This document shows, one piece after another, positions 28,235-37,379 of a stretch of DNA of 64,000 nt. How positions within the stretch are numbered: the first letter of the stretch is position 1; every line of letters starts with the position of its first letter. Below the pieces are notes generated by a model. It did not search any database and had not been told where the DNA came from. It saw only the letters and a program-made list of their open reading frames with translations. Location: NCBI GenBank assembly GCA_024234955.1, contig JACKNK010000001.1:212835-276834 (forward strand), read 5' to 3'. Source of the DNA: Gammaproteobacteria bacterium. Lineage in GTDB: Bacteria; Pseudomonadota; Gammaproteobacteria; JACKNK01. The translations under genes were made by a program, and so were the position numbers.

Positions 28235-29397
28235 CTTCCGGCACCCGACATCGGTAGGAGGTAACCGAAAGCGAGGAGCATCACCATGCCCAGTGACGAG
28301 ACCATCCCGGCGCCATATAGGCCCATGGCGAGCCGAGCGGACCGCACACGATCTTCCTCGTTGAGCGCCCGAACCAGTGTCCGCAAAAGCCGTTCACGGC
28401 TATCCGGTGTCGCGGACTCGAAACCTTGGATCGATTGCACGAGGGTGCGCGACCACCAGAATGTGGTTTTTTCGATGGCGGCGGATAGTGAATACCCGCG
28501 CCGCATCTCTGCCGTCAGGGGAGCCGCCGCCGCTCCCAGCGTGCGGCGAACAATCGGCATCATCTGTTCAGGCTTCACACCGGCCGCGTACAGGGGGCGC
28601 AGGACGGTGAGGAGATTCGCGCTTCGCTTCGGTCGACGCAGCGATTGAATCGGTGAAACCAGTCGCGCCCAGGTCGGGTGATCCGACCAGGCGTCAGCGC
28701 GAAGCCAGAGCACCACGATTACCGCAAGAAGGACGATCAGAACGACCCGCAAAAGATCGTCGCCACCATCTCGGAGCCAGATCAGGATCTTCGTCGCCGA
28801 ACTGGGCTCCAACACGCCCAGAGCGTGCTGTATCCGAAGCACCTGATCGATACGTTTACCGATCATGTCTGGGGTCTGGAGCAGACCGACGATCGCGCCC
28901 ACGAGCAGCACCATGGCCATGACCAGATGCCCCATGTTCGATTTCTTCTGATCCGCAGCCAGCGACAGATAGTCGGCGGCTTCCTCCAACATCTCTGAGA
29001 GACGACCGGAGGCTTCCCCGGCCTTCACCATCGGGGAGATGACGGGGTCGAAACCCAATGCCTCGATCAACCCTGACAGCGGTTGATTGGTCGACCAACC
29101 GCAGCTGTCGAACTGCCTTCTAAGGGAACTGTGAGCACGAATCAGCTCGGGTACCCGGGCGAACCCACCACTGCTGGTTACCAACGCCGCCAACTGCGTG
29201 AGCACCAGCCCCTGAACACGCAAATTCGGGCGTGCCTCATTCGCCATCCGCCACCAGTCGGGTGTCGCCCGCAGGATTTTCTCCGGGCGCTCCCCGCTGA
29301 GTGCGCGGGCCTGCTCAGCACTATCAGCCCGCACACTCAGTCTTTTGGTGGCTCCCGTGCGGGTCGCCACCAAAACACGCCAATACCGAACGTTCAC
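28231..29397 (-). CDS. pilR: PilR, a GspF-family inner-membrane platform protein.
   Basis: 388 aa. It has the tandem T2SS-F-like domain architecture and lies between the pilQ-like and pilin genes. Confidence 0.75.
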   Translation of the reverse strand: MNVRYWRVLVATRTGATKRLSVRADSAEQARALSGERPEKILRATPDWWRMANEARPNLRVQGLVLTQLAALVTSSGGFARVPELIRAHSSLRRQFDSCGWSTNQPLSGLIEALGFDPVISPMVKAGEASGRLSEMLEEAADYLSLAADQKKSNMGHLVMAMVLLVGAIVGLLQTPDMIGKRIDQVLRIQHALGVLEPSSATKILIWLRDGGDDLLRVVLIVLLAVIVVLWLRADAWSDHPTWARLVSPIQSLRRPKRSANLLTVLRPLYAAGVKPEQMMPIVRRTLGAAAAPLTAEMRRGYSLSAAIEKTTFWWSRTLVQSIQGFESATPDSRERLLRTLVRALNEEDRVRSARLAMGLYGAGMVSSLGMVMLLAFGYLLPMSGAGR

Positions 29398-29416
29398 GCC
29401 TGGAACCCGACTAGCG

Positions 29417-29872
29417 TTACAACGTGTAGGTCACCGACAACGTGTCGGTCGTGGCGTTGTAGGACGCCGCGCTGACCGGCGATGTGGTGAACATGTCCGT
29501 CAGGAACAGCACCAATTTGGGGCCGTCGACGTCAGCGTCATCCGCGCTCGTCAGGGGATAGGCGATCGTCACCGTCCGCGCACCGGTGGCACTCACGGAC
29601 CACGTATCGCCCCAGGCGGTGTCGGTCGAATCACTCAACCCGGCCGCCGTCACTCCAGAAAGGGTCTTGGCGGCCGCCCAGTAGGCCGAGACTCCCTGGG
29701 GAATCCGGTTGCCGAGCTGGGTCTGGGCGACCGTGTTCTCGGACTGATTGATGACACCGATGCCCGCACCGACGATGCCTCCAATGATGATTGCGAGGCC
29801 GATCGCCACCAGCGTCATCTCGACGATGGTGTAGCCGGACTGGCGCTTGGACAGACGGATTTGACGTTTCAT
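29417..29872 (-). CDS. pilS: PilS major type IVb prepilin. The start is taken at MKRQIRL.
   Basis: It has a long leader with the processing site KRQSG|YTIVEMTLVAIGLAII. Confidence 0.65.
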   Translation of the reverse strand: MKRQIRLSKRQSGYTIVEMTLVAIGLAIIIGGIVGAGIGVINQSENTVAQTQLGNRIPQGVSAYWAAAKTLSGVTAAGLSDSTDTAWGDTWSVSATGARTVTIAYPLTSADDADVDGPKLVLFLTDMFTTSPVSAASYNATTDTLSVTYTL

Positions 29873-29912
29873 TTGTCGTTTCACGGGTGTACTCCTTCTG
29901 GGAAAGATGAGG

Positions 29913-31601
29913 TCAAGCAAGGCGGCTCTCGCGGCCTTCGGTAAATGTCCGCCCATAGGCGGAATAGGGGCCGAGCACGTTCGCGACTTCATCCAAAGCC
30001 GTGTGCCCGTGACGGCAGAGCTCGAAGCCGTTGATCCAGAGATCCGATGCACCTTTCTCCCGGCGCGCCTGCGCGATCACACGCAGCGATTTGTCGGCCT
30101 GAATGGCTTCAACGGTGGCTTGGTTGATGACGGCAAGTTCAGAGACGAGAAGTCGCCCCTTGTAGCCAGCGCCACACTTGTCGCAGCCGTCACCAGCGAT
30201 CCGAAACCCGTCGCTCGCGGACGGACGCCGATACAGATTCCCGTACTCGAACATCGCCTCGCGATCGGCGTTGAGATCGAACGGCGTCGAGCACGAGGGA
30301 CAGACGCGGCGGAGCAGGCGTTGCGCGTAGGCGCCAAGCAGGTGCGTCATGATCAGATGCCGGCTCACCCCGAGATCCAGAAGCCGGTCGATCGTCTCCA
30401 GCGCCGTATTCGTATGGAGCGTGGCCAATACCAGATGGCCGGTCAGCGCCAGGCGCATCGCATGTTCGGCGGTAACGGCGTCGCGGATTTCACCGATCAG
30501 AATCACGTCGGGGTTGGTGCGCATCAGGGAGCGCAGTCCTGCCTCCCATCCGAGGCCCGCGGCTTCATTGATCTCGGTCTGGGTGATCCCCGGAATGAAC
30601 TGCTCAACGGGATCTTCGAGTGTCTGGATGTGACGACCGGGAAAGGTCTCCTGAATCCATCGCAACAGGGCATACAGCGTGGTTGTCTTGCCGGAGCCCG
30701 TCGGCCCCGTGATCAGCAACAACCCGTGGCGGCGGGAAGCCAGACGTTTCAGCGACACCAGGTCGTTCGGCGGCAAACCGATCGCATCGAGGTTTTGTGC
30801 CGGCGCACCGGCGCCAAGAAGCCGCGCGAACAGCGCGGGCCATAGCTGCCCGAAGATCGATACCGGACGCATGGCGAGGCGTACCTCGATGCGACGTCCG
30901 TTGACGATCGAGAGGGAGCCGTCCACCGCGCGCTGATAGTGGCCAGGGTGGCAACCTGCCATCCGCATCAAGGTGTTGGCGACCAGGAGAAACGGTGGGC
31001 GGCCGTCGTCTGGAACCAGGGGATATTCAAGCGCCAGGGTTCGCTGCCCGTCGACGGTTGCATACAGCCGGGCGACGTGCTCGTTATGGGGTTCAAACGA
31101 AAGGTCGGTATGTCCCTTACTGGCCGCATTCTTCAGCCATTCGGTGACCATTTCCTCGGTCTGTGCCTTCGCAGCCTCTTCGTCCTCGACCATCGGGCGG
31201 ACGGTGGAAATCAGCCCCAATGCACGGAACGCCTTCGCGTGCGTGCCAAGAACTGCATCGGGGTTGGCCCACCTCGGATCAAAAGGATCCTCAACGAACA
31301 GCACGCCATCCGCCGAAAACGACCAGCCGGCGTCTTTTGTGACAGGCACCCCATGGACGTTCGGATCGTAGATCGACCAACCCAGGACGTTTGCCAACAC
31401 ACCCGTGACCAGCTCCGGGTTGGTGCTGTCCTGCAGGAGCCGGTCGTGCATGTCGCCGACGGACGGACAGGGGGTGGAGGCTTCGGTACGCGGCAGTGCC
31501 CCGGCCTGAATCAGTGCCTCCAGGGTCTGTTTCCAGATGTCCTGCAGATGGGCGCTGGGCGGTACCGAAGTCGAAGATCGAACCCGGCTCATTGCGGCCA
31601 C
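29913..31601 (-). CDS. pilQ: PilQ, a GspE/PilB-family secretion ATPase.
   Basis: It has a Walker A motif (LLITGPTGSGKTTTLYALL) and a C-terminal tetracysteine motif (CPSC...CDKCG). Confidence 0.9.
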   Translation of the reverse strand: MAAMSRVRSSTSVPPSAHLQDIWKQTLEALIQAGALPRTEASTPCPSVGDMHDRLLQDSTNPELVTGVLANVLGWSIYDPNVHGVPVTKDAGWSFSADGVLFVEDPFDPRWANPDAVLGTHAKAFRALGLISTVRPMVEDEEAAKAQTEEMVTEWLKNAASKGHTDLSFEPHNEHVARLYATVDGQRTLALEYPLVPDDGRPPFLLVANTLMRMAGCHPGHYQRAVDGSLSIVNGRRIEVRLAMRPVSIFGQLWPALFARLLGAGAPAQNLDAIGLPPNDLVSLKRLASRRHGLLLITGPTGSGKTTTLYALLRWIQETFPGRHIQTLEDPVEQFIPGITQTEINEAAGLGWEAGLRSLMRTNPDVILIGEIRDAVTAEHAMRLALTGHLVLATLHTNTALETIDRLLDLGVSRHLIMTHLLGAYAQRLLRRVCPSCSTPFDLNADREAMFEYGNLYRRPSASDGFRIAGDGCDKCGAGYKGRLLVSELAVINQATVEAIQADKSLRVIAQARREKGASDLWINGFELCRHGHTALDEVANVLGPYSAYGRTFTEGRESRLA

Positions 31602-32266
31602 CCCGGCAACACCGGTGGCAGGTAGGGCAATGCGTTACCCGTTTGCGGAGTAGCCGGCGCGCGAGGCCCTGCTGGTGACGGGTTGTCGCCCCAGCGAAGA
31701 ACCAGCCGACGGGTTTCTCCGTCTGGCCCCGCCAGGTCGCTACCGCGCAATGAGATGGACTTGACGACCCATCCCGACGGCAAGGCCTCGCCAGCACGTG
31801 CCTCGATGATGTCGCCAAGGTCATCGAATTGAGCGCGCTCCCCGATGACGCCAACCAAACGTGGGAGCGACAAGGCCGTCACGGTTGGAGTCGGCGCCGC
31901 ATAGGCCATCGGTGATACGGAAGGAGCCGGTGCGTCCACGGCTTGTACCGAACTCGCCGGCGTAGGCGTCGCAGGGGTAGCGGCGTCGACGTCGACCTCT
32001 GACTCATCCATTGGTGGCAACGTCGGCGTTGTGACTTCCAAACCGCAAGGTACGCCCAGATCGGAACAGCGACGCAAAGCGGTCGCGGCACGGGCCTGCA
32101 ACTCCAGCAACCGCGCTGCATACTCGGCGGCTTTCAAGGAATCGTTGCGTTCAGTCTCCGCGAGCGCAGCGGACTGAATCTGTTCCTCAAGTCGTTCGCG
32201 TATCGGATCCTCGGCCCATGAGTGGGCACTCAGCACCAGCAGTGGAATCAAAACCAGGCGCTTCAT
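31589..32266 (-). CDS. Exported Pro/Ala-rich protein of the pil cluster.
   Basis: It has a signal peptide, MKRLVLIPLLVLSAHSWA. Confidence 0.4.
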   Translation of the reverse strand: MKRLVLIPLLVLSAHSWAEDPIRERLEEQIQSAALAETERNDSLKAAEYAARLLELQARAATALRRCSDLGVPCGLEVTTPTLPPMDESEVDVDAATPATPTPASSVQAVDAPAPSVSPMAYAAPTPTVTALSLPRLVGVIGERAQFDDLGDIIEARAGEALPSGWVVKSISLRGSDLAGPDGETRRLVLRWGDNPSPAGPRAPATPQTGNALPYLPPVLPGWPQ

Positions 32267-32568
32267 GGGATGGACATCTCCCGCTGGGAATGGATCGAGG
32301 AGCGCCAGCGCGAAAGTACCTTCGAGCGCTGCAACGAATCACGCGAACCAAGCACGGATGCGGTCGTCAACACGATGAGGCCCAGCAGCGAAAGCAGATC
32401 CCGAATGGCGTCCTGATCCAGGAGACGGACAAGCGCAGCGGTACGGACCAGATCCGCCCAATCCATCCATGCCCAACCGACCAGCAGTAAAACGACGCTG
32501 GTCGCGACGAGGTGCAGTGCATCGAGAAGGGTGTCGCCGGCCAGAGCGAGGGAAGCGTGCAGGTTCAT
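32263..32568 (-). CDS. Small membrane protein of the pil cluster.
   Basis: 101 aa and hydrophobic. It is translationally coupled (4-nt overlaps) to both neighbours. Confidence 0.4.
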   Translation of the reverse strand: MNLHASLALAGDTLLDALHLVATSVVLLLVGWAWMDWADLVRTAALVRLLDQDAIRDLLSLLGLIVLTTASVLGSRDSLQRSKVLSRWRSSIHSQREMSIP

Positions 32569-33056
32569 TTCGTTCCCTCCGGTGCCGAGCCGAACACACC
32601 GATCAGCGCCGTCGCCTCGTCACCTTTGACGTGCATCGCCAGCGGGCGATAGCGGTCCCACATCGGTTCGATGGCGAGCAGGGTTGCCGTGACATCCCCC
32701 GTCTTGCCGAGTAGCGCGCCTTTCCAGGCCGGCGCGGTGCCGCCCGACCAGAACGGCTCGAACTCTGTCTCAGTCGCCGCAACGACCCTCGTGGCATGAC
32801 GATCGGCGAGTAGCCGCAGCTCGTTCCAAGCCTGATACGCGGGCCGCAACGGCGCCTGCGCCTGCAACGTGGCAGCCTGTGCCATCAGTCGATCCCGCTG
32901 CTGATGCGCGGCGGCAAGGGCAGAACGAGCGGCGATAGCCTGGGTGTGCCAGGTGCTGGACCAGGCGACGAGCCCAATGACCAGCAGCGGGACGGAGACC
33001 AGCCAGGTGCGAGATTCCGTGATCTCGATGAGGCGTTGCGTCGTAACCCGGTTCAT
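32565..33056 (-). CDS. pilP: PilP-like protein.
   Basis: It has an N-terminal transmembrane segment. Its position after the pilO-like gene fits. Confidence 0.5.
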   Translation of the reverse strand: MNRVTTQRLIEITESRTWLVSVPLLVIGLVAWSSTWHTQAIAARSALAAAHQQRDRLMAQAATLQAQAPLRPAYQAWNELRLLADRHATRVVAATETEFEPFWSGGTAPAWKGALLGKTGDVTATLLAIEPMWDRYRPLAMHVKGDEATALIGVFGSAPEGTK

Positions 33057-33955
33057 GGCGACGCACTCCAGCTGAGCTGGGTAGCGCCGTCGACGCTCGG
33101 CAAGGCGTGATCCGCATAGCGGAGCACCAGGGGAAGATACGACCCGACATCCTGAGGACGAAGAGTCATGACGGCAGCTCCCTGTGCGGCCGCCAATCGC
33201 TGAGCCGTGATCGTCAGAGAGACGATCTGGCCATCCGCGAGGTAGGCCAGTCCCCGGATGACGCGCACGTTGTGCGCGATGCGGTCCTTTTCGCCGGGTG
33301 CGTAGTCCGGAATACGGGACCCCAACAACCGATCCCGTTCGGCCTCGTACTGACTGATCTCGATCTGAACGGCAGACAAGTCATCGCGTGCCGTGGCCGC
33401 ACCCCAGGTGTCGGAGAGCCAGGTAGCCACCAGGCCGACGGTCAGGACAGCGGCAGGCAGAGCGTGCCGGACGATGATCCGGTGCCAGCGACGTCGCAGC
33501 GCGACAACGGCTTCTTCGGGTAGCAGGACGGGTGTGGGGGGAAAGACGATATCGACCGGTTCGAGCACCATCGCGGTCTCGATCGAGACACGATCCAGGC
33601 CCACTGACCTGCCGGCGTTAAGACGACCGCTGCGCCAAGTGCCGGCGGCGACCGCGACGTAGTAGCCGTCTTGCCGGACGAAATCGGTCCACACGATCCA
33701 GGTGCCATCTTCAACGGCACGGATCAGACCGCTATGAAATACGGTTTGCCACAGGCCGAATACGGGCACGTCGGGCGCCTCCGCGCGTGCTTCGGCCACC
33801 TGGTCTTCCGACACCCAAGACAGCGGCGCATTCAGGGCCTGCGTCAGGGTCAGACCATCATCACCGACCTCGTCGGAAACGACATCAGCCAGCAGAAATC
33901 CCGGCTGGCCGTCGATGTGGATCGGCTGATTCAGCAGCCAGTTCGAGCCGCTCAT
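33053..33955 (-). CDS. pilO: PilO-like protein.
   Basis: 300 aa. Its position after the pilN-like gene fits. Confidence 0.5.
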   Translation of the reverse strand: MSGSNWLLNQPIHIDGQPGFLLADVVSDEVGDDGLTLTQALNAPLSWVSEDQVAEARAEAPDVPVFGLWQTVFHSGLIRAVEDGTWIVWTDFVRQDGYYVAVAAGTWRSGRLNAGRSVGLDRVSIETAMVLEPVDIVFPPTPVLLPEEAVVALRRRWHRIIVRHALPAAVLTVGLVATWLSDTWGAATARDDLSAVQIEISQYEAERDRLLGSRIPDYAPGEKDRIAHNVRVIRGLAYLADGQIVSLTITAQRLAAAQGAAVMTLRPQDVGSYLPLVLRYADHALPSVDGATQLSWSASP

Positions 33956-35529
33956 GTCGCCAATTCCGTGGGCGTGATGATGAACAGCAACTCACGATGA
34001 CTCTGTTCATCGAGTGACGATCCGAGAACCCGGTTGAGCGGATTGTCTGGTGCCAAGGGCAGCTGCTTGAGAGCACGGGCAACGCGATCGGAGGTCACGC
34101 CGCCGACGTAAACAGGCCGACCGGAGCGGGAGATGACCTGGGTAGCGGTCAGCGCGGGACCGACCACCGGACTCTGGAAGGTCTGCGATCCGCTGGTCAG
34201 GGTGTCGAAGCGGGTAACGCTCGACAGTTCCGGTGCGAGGTCGATCAGGATGCGGTCGTTGCGGGTGGTGCGGGCCGATACCAGGAACTTCGTGCCGACA
34301 CTCAATCGACCCAACGTCGCGGTCTCGGTCACATTGCCGTTCAGATCGGCCAGCGCCTCGATGTCCGCGACATAGGAAAATTCTTCACCCACGTTGATGT
34401 AGGCACTGCCGCCGTTCAGCAGCGTGATGCTGCCGCGCGTGATGTCGTAGCTGCGCGCGTTTTTCGCGAGCAGTTCAGTGAGGATATTCAGGGTCCATTT
34501 GGTCCCGGAAACCAACGACCCGGTGACGGCCCAGGTTCCGGAGTCCGCGATCGCGGAGCGTGCGCTGGAATTCAGCGTCACGCTGGAACGGCCATCATTG
34601 AACACGGCAGACCAGTCGAGCCCTTGGGCGACCGAGTTCGACCAGGTCACGTCCACGACGATCAGCGACAGATGGATCTGGCGGAGTCCTCGATCCGCGA
34701 GGTCGGAGAGATAGCGATCCAGTTCGCGGATACGTTGCGGTGGACCACCAGCGGTAATCGTTCCAAGCCGGCGATCCGCAGCCAGCCACGTGCGCGGAGC
34801 GAAATCCGAGGGCGTGTTGGATTCCGAGCTGGCTTGCGCAGGCGCAGCCGGGAAGGCGGGCGGGAATGTCTCACCGGTCGCATCTGCAACGGTCGATGCC
34901 CCAGCGCCACTGTCAGTCTCGGAAACGCCAAGGATGCGTTGCGAGTTCTGAACCGCGACTTGAAACGCATCGTCGGCATTGCTCAGCTCCAGCTTGGTCG
35001 ATCGACCACCTGAGCTTTCGCTCGACGACTCCGATGAACCATCGCTTGCCGACGAAGACGACTCATTGCTCGACGAGATGCTCGCGGACGATGTGTTGGC
35101 CGTGGCGATCGCGGACAGATCCCAGGTCTTAACCGACGTCGACGCGATCCGGATGGTTCGCCCATCCAGCGTGACGTCGTAGCCGGTGATGCCGGCGATG
35201 TAACGAAGGAAGTCGGAGACGGGCAGCTGACCGGCCACAATCGAGATGGGTTTGCGCAGATCGACGCCCGCATCCATCGGCAGGATGGCGTGTCGCGGCA
35301 GCGCGTCCGACAGCGCATCCGCCAATGCGGCGTGCGGTAGGTTCAGTGATACGCGTGCCTCACTGGTTTTGCGCTCGGGCGTGACCACGCGGAGGAAGGT
35401 CTTCGGCGCACTCGGGGTGACCTGTACCTGCGGGATGCTTGCAACGGACTCCGCCGGATCCAGCGGTTCGAGGGTCGTGCAACCAGCCAGTGCAACCGGC
35501 ATCACAGAAATGACGGCCCAGCGGATCAT
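33952..35529 (-). CDS. pilN: PilN secretin-family lipoprotein (type IVb).
   Basis: It has a lipobox (LAGCTT) and a secretin C-terminal domain (ELLFIITPTEL). Confidence 0.75.
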   Translation of the reverse strand: MIRWAVISVMPVALAGCTTLEPLDPAESVASIPQVQVTPSAPKTFLRVVTPERKTSEARVSLNLPHAALADALSDALPRHAILPMDAGVDLRKPISIVAGQLPVSDFLRYIAGITGYDVTLDGRTIRIASTSVKTWDLSAIATANTSSASISSSNESSSSASDGSSESSSESSGGRSTKLELSNADDAFQVAVQNSQRILGVSETDSGAGASTVADATGETFPPAFPAAPAQASSESNTPSDFAPRTWLAADRRLGTITAGGPPQRIRELDRYLSDLADRGLRQIHLSLIVVDVTWSNSVAQGLDWSAVFNDGRSSVTLNSSARSAIADSGTWAVTGSLVSGTKWTLNILTELLAKNARSYDITRGSITLLNGGSAYINVGEEFSYVADIEALADLNGNVTETATLGRLSVGTKFLVSARTTRNDRILIDLAPELSSVTRFDTLTSGSQTFQSPVVGPALTATQVISRSGRPVYVGGVTSDRVARALKQLPLAPDNPLNRVLGSSLDEQSHRELLFIITPTELAT

Positions 35530-36365
35530 GATTGCTCGTCCGTCACGACCAGAATCGGGGGAACCCGATCCGCGTAGGGATAGATGGTCAGGCCGAAACG
35601 CTCCGCGATCTGCTCGAGGACGTTCTCCACCAGGGTGTTCTCACCTGTCAGATCGACCGTCGACTCCGCACGGGTCGGATCCAGCAAGAACAGATCGACG
35701 CGCCAGCCCGGCAGAATCGCTTCCAAGGCGATTTGCAGCGGGAGGCCACGGAAATCTGGGGAAACCAGATCGGAGAGTTGCGCGTTACGAGGTAAAGGCG
35801 GGGGTGCGCTTTCGGAAAAAGACTGCGCACCGGTAGCGGCATCCGACACGGAATCCGGCATCGCTGCCGGAGAAGCTGGGGAAAGGGGCGCGGCTACCGG
35901 TGCGTCAGCAAAGACCTCCGGAGCGGAGGGGGGAGGATTGCCAGAAGCGACGGGGTTGAAGCGGAACTCGGGGCGTAACTCAAAACTCACCCAGCGATGC
36001 ACCGGGTCAAACACAGGGCGCCATGCGTCGCCGGCGAGCGTGGCCAGCGCCTGGTCCAGTCGGATCGGCCCCAGGCGGCGATGAATCGCCGGCAACGGGA
36101 GATCCATCAGGATGGGAAGTGCGGGATCGGCGCCGGCGTCGGAAAGGACGTAGCCGGACGGCTCCAGGAGCGACCGAATCGCATCACCCACCGTCTGCAC
36201 ACCCGTGTTGAAGCGCGTTTCCGTGACGACGCTGAGAATGTCCCGCTGGGAAGCATTCGGAACGGGCGCAGTCACCGTGTAGCGCCCGGACGCGGCCAGC
36301 GCGGCGGACGAACAGGCCACTAAAGTGACAAACACGACGACAACAGGAGAGCGGATCATGGGCAC
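35526..36365 (-). CDS. pilL: PilL-like lipoprotein (TIGR03748-like).
   Basis: It has a lipobox. It is the first gene of the pil operon. Confidence 0.6.
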   Translation of the reverse strand: MPMIRSPVVVVFVTLVACSSAALAASGRYTVTAPVPNASQRDILSVVTETRFNTGVQTVGDAIRSLLEPSGYVLSDAGADPALPILMDLPLPAIHRRLGPIRLDQALATLAGDAWRPVFDPVHRWVSFELRPEFRFNPVASGNPPPSAPEVFADAPVAAPLSPASPAAMPDSVSDAATGAQSFSESAPPPLPRNAQLSDLVSPDFRGLPLQIALEAILPGWRVDLFLLDPTRAESTVDLTGENTLVENVLEQIAERFGLTIYPYADRVPPILVVTDEQS

Positions 36366-36643
36366 ATGATCCGGACAGGCAGCGCGAAGCCTCGATAAAT
36401 GCCGGCAACGCGGGTGGCGGAATTGTTAAAAAGGGAAGGGCGCGGCGGGACGTAGACGCGTGAAGTGTCCCGCCGCGGCTGACAAGTGACGACCCTGGGA
36501 GAGAGATATCAGGCGTGCCGTAACACCTTCTGCTCTGGCTCCGGTTCGAAATCAGGGTGTGCGAACCGATACACGTGGCACGGGCGGAACCGCACAAAGG
36601 GACTCGCTATTTCCCGACAGCGAGTGGCCGGTGTCGTAAGCAG

Positions 36644-36721
36644 GCGAGACGCCTGCCCGAAATTCACCAAGCAGCCAGGGGCGACAACAACGCTTGCGCG
36701 CGCTTCGGGCAGGCGTCTCGC
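36644..36721. repeat. Perfect 18-bp inverted repeat, gcgagacgcctgcccgaa / ttcgggcaggcgtctcgc, with a 42-bp spacer, in the non-coding leader upstream of pilL.
   Basis: Both arms were read directly from the sequence. Confidence 0.7.
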
Positions 36722-37105
36722 AATCCCGGTGCGAGCCACTGCCACATGTAGGGCCGACCAACGAAGGTCGGCGAGGTGGAGTTATCGGCCCGGCCACCAC
36801 CGGGGATTACGTCAAGCCATCGGCTCCCACGCCAGGGATCAAAAAAGGGAAACGATGGACATGGAGAGTCTCACGGCGAACCGCGCGCAACGTCTCGGAC
36901 TCTGAAGCGTTGCTTACCGGCGAACCGGCGGGATCCCACAATTACCCGTGTGGGACGGGGTGAACCTAGATGGTCTGAATAGTTCCGTTCAGTCAGGCAC
37001 TCCTAGCAAATGAGTGCTGCATATTCGAATCACTATAAAACTAAAACACATATCAAAACTTTTGAGTCACAACATTTTGGTATGTCAACCGTGTTTTATA
37101 ACAAA

Positions 37106-37136
37106 AAAACGCACCAGAATGGTGCGTTTCGATGTT
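37106..37136 (-). terminator. Rho-independent terminator on the minus strand: stem acgcacc/ggtgcgt followed by a T7 run.
   Basis: On the minus strand the sequence reads aaacgcaccattctggtgcgttttttt. Confidence 0.65.
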
Positions 37137-37157
37137 TTCTAACTCTGAAAATCTTGC

Positions 37158-37379
37158 CTAGTCATAAAATCTAGTAATTAGGCTTTTTTTTAATGCCGAT
37201 AATCGCAAACCAACTAAGGCTGTTATCAATGCAGCCAAAGCATTCATAGTTCCGCCAAAGGCGTTAATGATGTTTGCTAGATCGTCGAACGGCATAGTGG
37301 CACTAGGAGTTAGGCCGATAATGGACTTCACGCTATCACTGGAAGGGGCAGGGCGCAATATGCGCCCTGCCAATCCCAT
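37158..37379 (-). CDS. Small hydrophobic ORF in an AT-rich islet. The true start may be the internal MPFDDL at ~37295.
   Basis: The surrounding 36960-37400 stretch is ~35% GC. A strong terminator follows the ORF. A GC hairpin lies at 37347-37369. Confidence 0.3.
   Translation of the reverse strand: MGLAGRILRPAPSSDSVKSIIGLTPSATMPFDDLANIINAFGGTMNALAALITALVGLRLSALKKSLITRFYD

Noticed and set aside
36486-36905. 139-aa plus-strand ORF in the pilL leader. The same applies to 36509-36800 on the minus strand.
   Set aside because: It has Arg/Gly-rich composition, no RBS, and overlaps the inverted-repeat structures. The region is better explained as non-coding.
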